Part shown: positions 45,436-59,700 of the stretch, in pieces
How positions within the stretch are numbered: position 1 is the stretch's first letter
Layout: the number at the start of each line of letters is the position of its first letter
Source of the DNA: Chrysomallon squamiferum
Lineage: Eukaryota; Animalia; Mollusca
Direction: 5' to 3'
NCBI GenBank assembly: GCA_012295275.1
Contig: CM022665.1
Location: 7,750,001-7,814,000 of the forward strand
Length of the DNA stretch: 64,000 nt
Translations under genes and position numbers: made by a program
The notes under the pieces: model-generated
Databases searched by the model: none
Seen by the model: only the letters and a program-made list of their open reading frames with translations
What the model was told of the DNA's origin: nothing

Positions 45436-48287
45436 CTGTGTGTATAAATGATTCTAATGACTGTTATTGTCACGTGTCTGTCGCAGACGTGCTTCACAAC
45501 AGCTTGCACTGATTAGCACGTTCATTCGTTTTTTCTGTGTGTCTGTCTGTTGTTATCAGTCCAAATAAATGATAACTCTGTATCAAAGAAAATAAAAGTG
45601 TCCAAATCTGTTATTTCCAATTAAGAATAACGAAACATCAGGACAGAATAAATTTCTGTTTCTTACCAAATGCAGTCAAAATAATATTCGACTCTTTTTT
45701 TTTCATACGTCTTTTGCTGTTGTTGTTTTTGTTTCTGTTGTTGCCGTTGCTGTAATTGTTTGGGTTTTTCACATCCAGTTTTATTATTTCCTTTTTCATC
45801 CTGCCTATAAACGCGGCTAACATTAACAATTTGTAACCTCTCAGTTAACACAAATAAATGTATTAATTTTTCTATTCAGTAAATGAATATATCCCAGATG
45901 AATGCAATTAGATTTAGCCATAAAAAAAAAAATCAATTGAACAGAACTTCAGTTATTCCGTGACAATTCAGAAATAGCTTATCAGAAAATATATAATTGA
46001 TTGAAACAGATTTACTAGTGAATAAAATAAAAGGATATGGCTGTTTTTGTTGTTGTTGTTGTTGTTGTTATTATTATTATTATTATTATTATTTATTAAT
46101 ATTTCAAATTTTGTAGAAGTTAGGTCGTGCAGAACAGCTAATAAAGAAAGGGAAAATTTCAGTCGGGATGGTTAAGATGATGTATCTATAATAAATGCCG
46201 TAATTCATCAGTAATGAGTTTCAAACATTAAATACAATTTTATATTAATATGCACGGGCTGACCTAGCATATTTGATTAATATCCCGGTAATACAAAAAG
46301 ATTTCGCGTAGTTGAGTAATATTAAACTTAACTTCCATTTATAAAAGTCACATAATTATACTTCATTGATTTTGCAAAAATATAAAACGAAGCTTAATTG
46401 GTTGGATGGGGTGTTTTTTATTTGTTTGTTTGTTTGGGGGTTTTTGTAACATAGCAGTGCTGCACTAAAATTTGCAAACACAATGCCGAATATGAAAAGA
46501 AATGTTTACTTTATTATCAGTTCATTAATGTAATGTTATGAATTCGATACTTACAAAGCAAACAGTTCAGGCTTAAGCGGACACAGCAGTAAAAGCGTAA
46601 ATACAGTACAGTGTATTAACTGTATATAATTATTTGTTTAAAGCTACGCGATGTACGTAAATGTATGTGTGTATGGTGAATGAACAAAAAGGGTGGGTTT
46701 GGGTGTGGGTATGGAGGTGTATATACTGTGTGGACTTAAGCTTCATAGATGTGAAGAATAGCTGCTGAACCTTTTAGCGTGTTTATGACATAACAGACAG
46801 TGACATTAACCAATAATCAGACACAAATGATCTTCTTTAACGTTCTAACTAAATGAAAAACTCCTGGCCGGCTCACACGAGGCTTACTTGGAAGCAGCCA
46901 TAAAAATATGAATGTGGGAGGTGGGAATATAAATCTGTGGTGCCATTAATAATCTCTGAGTCGAGATAGTAATATAAGGAGATAGGCAGAACATACGTGT
47001 TTTGATAAGATTTAGCTTCTAATACATCACAACATATGTTTCACCATGGAAAAAAAAATGTCTTGCTTTTTCTGTTCGATGATCAACCCTGTTTGATGCC
47101 GGAATTATTCTATTTCAAATGATTTATTTCCTTGCTTTCTTATATATTTTCAATTATTATTATTATTATTATTATTATTACTGTTAGTGGTGTTGGTGTC
47201 GATGTTGGTATTATTAATATTACTATTACTTCTATTGCTGTTGTCGCTCTTGCTCTTGTTCATTCTTTATTGTTGCCGCTGTTATTAAATACGTAAGTAT
47301 CAGTTCATTTAACACGACCAGCTGAAGAAATAAAGGTAGAAATGTTTTATTTAACGATGCATTCAACATATTTTTAACCGACGATGTTTTCTAAGGACGA
47401 TATTTTAATCAGCAGAAAAATGCCCTGACGTCATGCGATGACCTCCTTTATAACTGTTGTTCCTGATTGATGTCGTCGCTCTTATTGTCATGCGTATTGA
47501 CATTTTTTTTATTATGCATATTAACAATAGATAGAATTACAGAATTTCTGATGATATCCAGTTCTTCTAGTATTTTATCGTAATATATGTAAATTTGTTG
47601 TTACCCTATATCTTTCATTTTGAATGAGAAATCCGATCGCCTTGATTCCATTACGCGAAAGCTGCGTCTTTGTCTCTTTTTATATTCAAGTTGTAGCTCA
47701 CGCTTATAACCAGTCCAAAATGACATGTTTTTTTTTTTTTTTTGTTTTTTTTTAACCAGAAGTTAAATTATAAATAACATTTTATTTTTACTTCTTTGGT
47801 TTTTGCTTAAGCACTGTTTCTATCAGTCAGTTGTAACAGACGTGATACATCAGAATGAATTCACCATTTTCACAAAGGAGTTTTTATCATTTAAGCGACC
47901 ACGATCCTTGTACTATATGCATAATTTATATCGTTCGGATATGCTTGTTCGATTTATGTGTGTGTGTGTGGGGGGTGGGTATGTTTGTGTTTGTTATGGT
48001 TGCGGTTGTGAACAACATATGCTGACTTGGATTTCAATACAAACGCTGTTAGTTTCTGCAGCACAGTTCCTGATGCTACCGGAGGCATTTGCTTTCACTT
48101 TCATGACGTAATTTCAAGACGTAAGTAGGCGAAAACAAAACAGACAGTGTGTCAGAGATGCCAAAGTTAACACAGACTGAGTAAAATGCTGGGTCGATTT
48201 TCCCTTTGCGCCTTCATTCAAACATCTGTTTGTACAGCACTGAAATAATAAAATTAAAATTCATTAGCCGATCTATTAATCAAATTT

Positions 48288-48318
<31 letters not shown>

Positions 48319-48646
48319 CTTTTCTTTCTTTCGTGTTTACTTTGTAGTAATGAGTTATAGAAATAGAGATACTTATAGTAGATAATAGCTATGATAGCAG
48401 CAGCTTGAATAACATTTTAAAATTAATAATAATAAACAATAACAGACTGTGATGGTTTAAATGAGTATGATTATGCTGATATCTGTGACGATAATAAACT
48501 TATACAATACCTCATAATATACGATTTCAAAACCTTCATATGGTGGCATGTTAGGGAAAATCGGCACAAGTAAAATCCAAAGAACATCTATATTTTTATT
48601 TAATTTATTTTAAACTGAATTCAGAGTTATCTATTTTGAGAATATA

Positions 48647-48681
<35 letters not shown>

Positions 48682-49606
48682 AGAAGAAGAAGAAATAACA
48701 GGGTAAATTAGGTCGCAACACTGAATTTGACATAAAGTAGATATCTTATAATGTAAATTTTGTGGATAATACGACAAGTTTAACTCTGATATAAGTTTGC
48801 GTCTACTTTTTTAACCAATTCTCAACATAATTACCATTGTCTCTATAGAATCGTAAAGCAACGAGTTTTCATTACTGTAAAGAATGTGTTGATCATGTAA
48901 ACAGGTGGTGTGGAATTATACAGAGGTTTAACCTATGATCTTTATATCTTAGGCCCAATTTTCCATGCTTTAAACATTACTGATAAACGTGTACACATGG
49001 AAGCAGGTATTTAGTATTTGTTTGAGTTACAGCTGGGTTAAAGAAAGCAGATCTGTAAACTTAAGGGGCAAATGTTTTGTAAGACGGTGATACACGGTCA
49101 AATCTAAAAATATATATACATTCGTATTAGTACATAACTGTTTATGTACACAAGCACATTACAAAATAATTATGTGTGTGTGTTTATTTATATATATTTT
49201 TTTAATTATTTATTTACACACATAAACATACGCATGTATCTAAGCATATGCGTCGTATACATTCAAGCCGCCATTTGCTTACGGCAGGCACGCACACACG
49301 ATACGAACAGCGACATCAACCACGTTACCCACGTGTGGTGCATTCCATCGAAGTAAACCAAGGTTTTTGAATCGAGTAACACAAGTTTGTGCATGCGCAC
49401 GTGTATTGATAGAAACATTCCACTCTTTGATGATTAATATACACTCAGTGATAACAAATAAAACATAGACTCTCACCAAGAAAATATTTTACAACAGAGA
49501 GACCACCTACAGTGACTTCCCTTTGCCGGCCAAAGCAGTCTGTTTTAAGGCAGCAGAATGAACGTAGACAGCCTTGTATGCGCTGTAGTACAGTAACTCA
49601 GCATTA

Positions 49607-49645
<39 letters not shown>

Positions 49646-50924
49646 ATGATGTTTGTTTCTTAACTGATCTACAGTTGTCTTTGTTACAATTATATCTCGT
49701 GTTCGTCTAAGACCAACACAGTAACTCGTTCATTAGCTGGTTACTTCTGTATCTGTGAATCATCTCTGACGTCTCGCATACTTTGCTTACTTCGGTTCTG
49801 GCTACGTTTTTGTAGCGATTGTTGTTGTTGTCTTAAATAATAAAATAAGATTCTGATGTATCTGACTCACACACTTGTACAGGCAATAATATACATAGAT
49901 ACATACATATATACACAAATGCCTGCATCTATGAAGTTTACGTACATACACAGTCACGCACGCACGCACACACACACAGACAGAGTAACATACATACAAT
50001 CTACACAAAGCTCTGCCCTAAGTGACCTTTCCTTTAGATGAAACCTTCACACTTGTGATCTTAATATTTGATCTCGAAGATGTATACATCTGTGCATCTA
50101 CATACACACACACAACTAAACAAAAACAAAAAAAAAACAAAAACAAAAAAATCAAAGAAAAGAGAAGGAATTGCAAGTGCTAATTACAACGAAACTGATA
50201 AACACATCTACATTATCAAGATATTTGCACGCCCTCAGCTACCTTCCCTTGAGATGAAATCTACATACTTATGTTATTAATATTCCATCTCGGATATTTC
50301 ATTATCTATCATACAAGCTTTGACCGTGTTTGCCATGTACTCTTGATATCCACACATGTAATTTATTGATGTACGCTCTGTTAACACCGAGTCGTAACGA
50401 GAATCGACTGATAACACGAACTAAGGATTTCAAATGGGTGTAACGTTTTCATTTTGATGAATTATCCTGTTTGTTTTTTTTTTAACAGAAAGTCTGCTTA
50501 GCTAATTGAAACGTATCGGAATATAATAAGTAAAGTTTGAGAATGTTTTTTTTTTAAAAAACAAATATATATTATTTATCTCTTCTATATCAAGTCGCAG
50601 GAAGCCGAACATATGTATTTACTTATTCATTCATTTTAATGTTTATTTCTTACTTTTCTTCCATATATGTCAGTGTCCGCCTTAACGTAAGCAATTTTAA
50701 TTCAGATTAACATTTTTTTTTTTTTTTTTAAATCTTATTTTTGTTTTACTATTTTTCTGAAAATAAATAATTTGATATACTAATATTTATAAATAAAATA
50801 AATAGAGTATCAATTCAGTATAATAAAAGAAAATGATTTATTGCTGTTATTATTATTATTATTATTATTATTGTTGTTGTTATTGTTGTTGTTTTGTTGT
50901 TCCTGTTTTATTACTATTATTATT

Positions 50925-50955
<31 letters not shown>

Positions 50956-52329
50956 CTAATCTAGACAAAATATTTCAGCCGTAATATATTTAACGAATTT
51001 TCAACATTCAACACAAATCGAAGTCACGGATGAACCATGACACTTTTTATAGATCTGAAAAAATATTATGTTGAAATTTAGATACAGATTCGTTTTTTTT
51101 TTTTTTTTTTTTTTTTTTCTGTATTCCACAATTAAAGAATAAAATAATACTCCAGTACTTTTCCTGCCGATTAAAATACTGAGTAATGTTAATATACAAT
51201 CATTATTCTAAATCATTTTAAAAGTCTCTCTCTCTCTCTCTCTCTCTCTGTCTTTCTTAAAGAGCCACAATGTGTTGTCCAATCAAATTGCCTTTCTGAG
51301 GTTTCCAACACCATTAGTTTCTAGGAAGATGATCTTCTTTATCACGTTTATGGGCCCTCAGACGTGGAGCACCTTTCAAATTTCAGCAGTTCATATATAA
51401 TTTTTTTCGTTGTTGAGATAAATCTCATCGAGTTTCGTGCATTCACCAGGCGCTTTGATCTCGTAAACTAAATATTTTAAAACAAGAAATAACTGTTATG
51501 ACATGATACGGGTTAGGCTTCTTGCAGCATGCCACATGCTGTTACAAATATAACCAGTGCGATATCGCAATGACAATCAGTAAAATTTTAATTTTAGGAA
51601 CGAAGGAATGCAGCTTTATCAAGCAAGTCATTCTTATTGACATTAGCGGTAGTTAACTGAGCTTCGCTAAATCCAGTGAGTATATAGACCGCGGTCATAT
51701 GAACAGTCTGTGTTCTTGTTTTAAATTCAGTTTTATATATTCGTTTCTAGTCTTTTCTAACCAAAGGCTGAAGAGATGATGTGATGACTCAGGATTTCAG
51801 ATTAATCGTAATGGCCGATTCGTTTGAGAATGTTGACTTCAAAGACTGTATTCACACTGAATATCTTCTTATATCAAAGTCGTCAACGCCATTATTATGT
51901 TCTTTATAAAAAAAAGTCGCTTTGTTTTTGTTGTTGTTTTTCTTGAAAATCATATTCATCATATTTTTTATTTCTTCTTATTATTTTATTTTATTTTATT
52001 TTATTTTATTTTATTTATTTTATTTTTTAAGTCATAGATCCACAATATCTAACCTTCAGTCTATAAAACTTGAAATAATTCTTAGAGACCAATCATTATT
52101 ATACTGACTTTGTACTTTAAAAGTCAAAAAATTTGCAACAGAATGAGAAGAAAATAAATGAACACAGCATCATGTTGAAGATAAATAATTTATTTAAATA
52201 ACTTCTATAATATTCTACAAATAAATATCGCTAAATATGTGATATTCTATAATAAAATGTAAGAAAGAAATATAAGTTAACAAACAAGACAAATGCACAT
52301 ACATGTAATTTTTATATATATATATATAT

Positions 52330-52537
52330 ATATTCATACTATGAAATATATGTAATATATTCATACTGTGTAATTTATATAATATATTCATACTATGAAA
52401 TATATGTAATATATTCATACTATGAAATATATGTAATGTATTCATACTATGAAATATATGTAATGTATTCATACTATGTAATTTATATGATATATCCATA
52501 ATATGTAATATATATAATATATTCATACTATGTAATA
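52330..52537. repeat. 27-bp minisatellite, ~7-8 copies
   Basis: Unit ~ATATTCATACTATGAAATATATGTAAT arranged head to tail; it explains the spurious (LHIFHSMNI)n ORF. Confidence 0.92.
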
Positions 52538-55500
52538 TACATAATGGTCTGGCATTGCCTTTTGTTTGCTTTTATTTCTTAAAACTTTGCTCTGGTAATA
52601 TACACCTAATAAATTTGCCAGATAAACATAAAAAAGATCAAAAAAATATAAAAACATTCATAAGAAAACATACAAAAAAGAAAATTATCTGTTCTATTGG
52701 AAACTTTCCAAATCCGCCCATGATAAAATGTTATTTTAAAAATACCCGCTCCTTCCAGATATTCTCAGAAATATTATCAAACATTTCTATATGCGCATTT
52801 CTATTTCCAGTAAATGTCATTTTAAAAGTGTTCCTGCTGTACATTTTGAAATAGTAATAGTAGTTTCAAAAATGAAGAAAAATACAGTCTGTTCAGATCA
52901 TTTGTATTTTCATAAGCTATGCTATGTCATATCATGTCATGTAATTTATTTTATATTATTTTATTTTATTATTTTACATATATATTTATATATATTAGCT
53001 ATAAAGTACGTGATATTGCAGTGACGTAAATTCATTTTGGTAATAATTCTACATTGCCACACCTGTGCCGTATTCAATATTATTATCAGTGGGCAACTCA
53101 GTGGAAACAAAGTCTTCCTTGTTTCTCCGAGCAGTAACAGAAATACAAATAAAACATTCTCTGTTATTAAACTGTACATGTTTCTTTAAGAAGTTCTATC
53201 TTTAATACATATCACAGTTATACATGAAAACACACCCAGATACAACATATCAACATATAGATGAATAATAAATATGTGAATAAATACATTATTCTGCTTC
53301 TGACGTATAAGTATCTAAATATGTACATTTGTAATAGCAAACACTCGAAAGCAAAGATAATTTAAACAATAAATGTTGTGAAACTAATAAAATATTGATA
53401 TTTTTAGGTTTAAAAAAGTGGTAGTTAATATTTTGTAATCAGAAATGATAGTGTATATAGAGTGTTAATTCATGTATGTACGTACGTACGTGTGTGTTTA
53501 TGTTGGTATGTATGTATGTATTTATGTATGTGTGTGTGTGTGTACGTCCACACACATCATCCACACGTGTGTATATTTGAATGTACATATTTTGACTGTA
53601 TATATCTACAGAGGTCTGTGTATACGTATGTAGCCAAATTTAGCTGAACAGAATACAATTATAACTGACAAGCATGCAGTTTATCCATTTACATGTGTGC
53701 TTAACATTTTACACTGAAAGATCCACTGAGATAAAATTATCATTATTTAGATAAACACATTTCTAAAGAAAAAGATTAAGATACTACTTCATTTAATTAG
53801 TGTTTAAAAAAATAATAATAATAATAAAATAAAATGAGGAATTAGATATTAAAAGTTTAGCTCTGAATTAGCTTAATTGTTATTATAGTGGTCATATTTT
53901 TCAGGGAAATGCTCAATTCAGCTAAATAATTTAGGGTTCTTTCAGTTGATATTATCAGTTTTGTCATAAATAACATATTTTACAAGATGAGCGTATTAAG
54001 CATAGGTCATTCTGTTTAGATGTATAGTTTTATAAAAGTGGATTTGTTTTTTTTATCAATGATCACTTGTAAATAAAGGTTGTTTTATTGTTTAGGATTC
54101 AGATTTGTTAAACACAAATAGTAACTAATATTAAAGTTCTTGTTTTGCTTTGGTGGGTTTTTTTGTTTTGTTTGTTTTGGTTTTTCAAACGAATCTACGC
54201 CTTATTTATTTATTTTCTGATGTTTCTTTCCTAATTAATCAAGAAGATTGAGTTAGTATTACACTAATATACACGATTTATTTGCCGGCGGAAAAAAAAA
54301 AAAAACAGACACACAAAATAAAAAAAATAAAAACCGATATCTTTTCGTCTATCTTTCAAACGACTACCAACCATGAATGTTTTAGTTAATAGTGAACACT
54401 TCTGTCTTTGAGATACTGAACGTACAAAGAAAGAACAACAAGCGCCGTATGTCAAACCACTTGCGGTATTTGGCATTAGCGCTGATGTTTACACGATCTC
54501 GAATCCAAACAGCTGCTCTGTGAAATATCCTCGTTTCTGTTTTGCCTATTTGCATCCCTTGTATAAAATGCACTCCCCAGTGACTGTTAACGGAATTCAA
54601 CACAAAAACTCACATCAGTGAACACAAATTCAGAAAGATGCCACCGATATATCCCATTTAGTGTAATACCTCTCTCATACTATAAATGTAATGTTGATCT
54701 CTTTTCAAAATATCCTAATATAATGTTACCTTTAGCCAATAAATATTATGAAATATGGGATCCATTATAGCGGATTAAAAGTAAAATACAGCTCCAGTGT
54801 TTCTTGCTTTATTAATCATATTATTTCAAAATCTTTCTTCTCTTGAAAAGACAATTAGAAACAGCCATATACACACTGACAAAAAGACACACACGTACAC
54901 GGTCAGAAAGAGACAAAGAGTATTGGCAGATACCCAACAGGATATGTAGACACACAGGTACTAACTGCGTACCAGATAACTATTTTGTAATTCAGTAGAC
55001 TCTACAGTTCACAACAATGAATGAGGATTCCGCATTGCAGACTAAGTACCGAAGAAAGGGATCACTTAACCATTTTAAAATGCCGTGAAATGCATTCATC
55101 ACTTTGCACCATCTGACTCCGAAGTCGGTGTCAAAACTATCACCATGGCAACTAACAGGTACGAGTTGTTGGTGAGCCACGACTGCAAAATGACTTACAA
55201 CTAGGGTAACAAGCCACGCACAAAAACAATAATTCTAGCTGGCAAGCGCTATTCTTAAAAATAATGCTTCCGAGATATTTTTAAAAGCACGCCACTGAAT
55301 TTGCTGTTTGCAGAGCAGTTACCTTTGTAAACATGCTGTCGTGATTTTTGTTTTAAACTCTGAGATGTAACATGATGGTATCATTGGGTGTGGAATGTGC
55401 TCTGCACTGGCAAGAATTCCTGGTAAATTGTGTTTGTTAAAACAATATTCTTGGCGCTGCTCGCTGTTTGGCGATTTAGACATTGGCATTAAATAAAACA

Positions 55501-55927
55501 ATTCTTTTCTGAACCGGTCAAAAAAAAAAACCTAAATATATTCTGGCTGGCAAATGCATATGAGAGAAGAAAATAAATTCTGCTTTTGGCAGAAAATGAA
55601 ATTTTAAATGAGAGCGTTGTATTTATTTATTGTTTTCTTCTTTCTTTCTTTCTTTGTTTTGTTTTGTTTTGCTTCATTACTTAGCAATATTTAAAAAACG
55701 GTGAAATAATATTTTAAACATCTCTGTAAAGTTATTTAAGTCGGCTGCGGATGCTCGTGTTGTCGTTCGTGACAAATATAATTACATTATTCAAGACATT
55801 TTAACCAGTTTCGAACTACAGTACTTACGTTATGAACAGTTAGTACGTATTTTTACACATATTACACATTTTTAACAATATATACACACATACATACGTG
55901 TGTGTGTGTGTGTGTATGAGAGAAAGT

Positions 55928-55930
<3 letters not shown>

Positions 55931-56010
<80 letters not shown>
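55931..56010. repeat. (GA)n microsatellite
   Basis: Direct reading. Confidence 0.95.
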
Positions 56011-56013
<3 letters not shown>

Positions 56014-56783
56014 ACATTATAGTCCATTATGTTCCTAAGGATGTTAAATTATATGTGCATATATGAATGTATAGTTAGTACAAATAAATTTAAAGGATAC
56101 CTGTAAAGCAAAATTTGTAATTCGTACAGCTGATATAACACATGTATAATTAATTAGAAGCTATCATAATTATATTTTAAAAACAAAAAAAAAAGTATAT
56201 AAACTTATAATTAATGTGTGAGTGAATAAATATTTGAAAGTGTGTTTAAAATCTGTTTAAAAAGGGTATATTTTAGGAAGCAAACTGCATAGATTTACTG
56301 ATAGATATTATATTATCTACTTTCATTTCTTACCGAAATTACTCGTTATGTCTTACTGCATCTAGGGCAGTTACAAAGACAGTCATACCCAGCACATGAA
56401 GTTACGGATCAATATGGTGATTTCAGTCTTTATACCATGTTGAAGTCATCTACAGCGTAAACATAAGTTTAAAATCTCCTTCAGTAGCTTTCACCTCGTT
56501 CGCAAGTGTTCCCTTTTTATAATCCATTCAAATACATGTTTGTACTTGCTTTAAATAAAAGCTAATATGATTCGACACAAAACGTTGTTCATGATTATGA
56601 AAAAGATCAAACAGTACTTAAACAAATATCCTTGAGGTATCATTCCGTATTGATTTGGATCACACTGGTCTGCATAATTATAGTTATTATAATATATAAA
56701 TAAATAAATTACATGCTTTCATTGCCTTGTTGACTATGACAACAAGACGTTATCAAATTACATCTAGCCGAAGAAAGCTGATG

Positions 56784-59700
56784 TCAATCCGACTGGTTGT
56801 CTTTCTTTTCTTTCTTTTTTTCCTGTTCTAAAATCTTTTTCTGTTTCGATTTTTTTCGCTTCTCGTTCATTTCTTCCTCATTGTCATGTTGTATTGAAAA
56901 TATTCTCTGTCTAACATATACAAATGGCCTGGGTTTCTTAGGCGCTGCTGGTTGTTTTGGTGGTTCTGGTGGTGTTTGTTTTATTCTGTATTTTGCTCCA
57001 GGTGTGGCTGACTTTGGTTCTGGTTTTGATTCCTGTTCCGGCTCCTTCTTTTTCTTCGAAAGCAGACGTTGCATAAAATTCTTCGTCTTTTTCGTTTGAC
57101 GAGAATCCGAAATCTTGTTTCCATCTTCGGTATATTCTGCCGATCCAATAGAAGAATTGTCAGCTGAAGATCGACTGCTAGTTGCTGTAATGTGGACGTT
57201 GGCGTCAGCTTGGTCTGATGATGTGGTAATGGTCGAAACAGTCAAAGAAGGAGTTGCTGAATCTCCAGAATCCGCTGAAACAAAGGACGATGTAGATGTA
57301 TCTGAACAAGAAGAAAGGGTTCTGGTTTCAGATATTGAAGGAAGTGATGGTCTAGGTTGTGGACTCTTGGATGCAGCTTTAGGGGAATAAACAACATCAA
57401 CACTAGTAGGTGTTTCGGACATTGGCGCTTTAATAGGAATTTTACTCGGTGACGCCCCTCTCTGTGGAGATGTTCGAACTGGCGAATATCTGCTTTTTTG
57501 CATATCTTGTAGTTTTTGTGTAGGGACTGTGGCAATTCGTCCAGGAGCAGAATTATACCTCAGAAGTGGAAGTCGAGATGGAGGAACTAACTGGCTGCCC
57601 ATTTTAACAGATAATGGAGTGTCACCAGAATACTGACGTGGAAGACTGTGTGTTTCAAAGCTGACATTGTTCTTACTTTTATCTGATCCTCTTCCTTTTA
57701 GCGTTGTAATCGGTTGAGCTTTTCTGACTGGAGAACGTTCTGGCTTAATTGTACCACCCTGCCAACCAGATTTTTCTTTACCGTTACTAACTTTGTATTC
57801 ATTTGTCTGGGAATCATTTGAAATTTTCTCATTAATATTTTGACCATGATTCTGCATTCTTACAGAATCATCTTTGGTTTTAATATTTGTTTCAGTTTCA
57901 AAACCCCCTTTCATTTGTTTTTCTTTATTTTTGAGATATTGCTCTTCAGTCATCTGTGGTGATTCTTGAATGTGTGTTCTGTTAGACAAAGTGTTTTCTC
58001 GTGGATTCAGAATAGCGTTTGTCTGAGCTAATAACTGCTGAATCTGCTTTTGTCTTTCAGATTCTGGCTTGTCTATTGCTGATCCCTGTTTGGATTTTTC
58101 TTCCCTCGAGCTTGACATACTATCGTGTAAAGTAGAAGAACTCTGATCTGAAGAGTCCGAAGATCTGCTAGTGAAAGATCTGCCAAAAAAGAAATCATCA
58201 GAACTCTGTCTTGAAATTGTTGGACTATTCAGTTTCTCAGAAACATTTCTCAGTTTGGAAATGCATTTTGTAATTTTGCCGTCCAGTAATGTGGAATCGG
58301 TTTCTATGGCAATGTCCTTGTATTCAGCCATTGAAGTCATGGTATGTTTGTCTTCAACTATAATTTTAGGTATGGTTGGACCTTTATTTAAACTTCCACC
58401 AAACTTGGAATCTGCTATTTGTCTGGTATAACTGAATGTGCTCGTTGATTTGTCCATCTTTGATATATAAAACGTCATTGTCCCTTTCGAGAAAAGATGT
58501 CGAATTGGTGTACATGTTTCTTTCTCAAAGGTCATTTTCGATACAGTATTTACTCCGATGCTCACAAGGTGTTTAGAATTTTCGAAGTCTGTCGGTAGAG
58601 TCGGACTTGGTTCAGGTGACTGAACAGTTAGCAGAGTTTGAGTTCCTGCCTCCACGTATTGGCATATATCTGTTGATGTCTCGTCATCTACCATTTCCAC
58701 ATCTTCATCATCAGTTGAATAAATAGATAGCAAGTCAAAGTGAGCTTCAGGCACAACTATTAAATCATCAACGTCCAGTTCACTCAGAAGTCCAATGTAT
58801 GGAAGAGATTCAGTTGATGTCGCTGCATCTCGATGTTCTAAACTTAATGCCGGTTCCAATTCATCAAAATCCAGAGATGTACCTATAGACTTGTCCAGAA
58901 GCCTAACATGCAATGTCTGAGTTCCATGGTCCATCACTTCAGAAAGGCACAAAGAAACAGACATAGCCATAGTCCCAACATCATGTTTGTGCGGTACGGT
59001 ACGACCCATACAACAGTTAGCTGACTTTTGTTTCTCCTCACCAAATTCAAACTGATGTTCACACGTTGCACAGTCTACAGCACTGAAGCTTGTCTGTATC
59101 CCAACTTCTGTGTACTGGATCGATCCTGTTATATCCTCGTTTTCATATAGCATCATATTAGCTTGAATACCTACAGATTCTAATTCTGGCTTTGTCAAAT
59201 ATTCAGTGTCGCATGTCATGCAGCCTTGATCCTGAAAGTGCTGGATATCCATAGATGTTTCCGTGCTCTCCATGATGATATCGACACCACTCTGAGCATC
59301 CACAACTGATATTCTCTCTGTTAGAGTTTCGTTATCTGTTAGAGATATATAAGTTTCTGTAGCACTTTCTCTCTGAGTAATAACTTCAGTGTGTGTGGAA
59401 GAGTCAACTGTTACTATGGGATTAGTAGATGTCTCGGATTCTATTGTGGCTGGCCTGGGTGGAGAAACGCCTGTATTGACAAGCTGTGGTTTTGTCGTTA
59501 ATGTCCACTGATCTATGCAGTGAACAATTGGTGTTGAGGTCTCTTTCTCACAGGTAAGGACGCTGATAGTATCCACACTCTCCGAAACAGATGATATGAA
59601 ACTGGTGTTTAACACACCATCCCATTCATAAGCGTTTGTCCCAACACACTTTGATTCCGTGTTCACTTTCATTTCATCTTTCAGTAGTTCACTTGCTAAA

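Noticed and set aside
47330-47450. Fragment resembling an abundant gastropod interspersed repeat (aaatgttttatttaacga...)
   Set aside because: Recognised from memory only; too degenerate to annotate or to assign a species.
52330-52537. Regular 27-bp repeats resembling a CRISPR array or a repeat-protein ORF (52215-52526)
   Set aside because: The units are contiguous with no unique spacers, there are no cas genes and the context is eukaryotic. It is an ordinary minisatellite.
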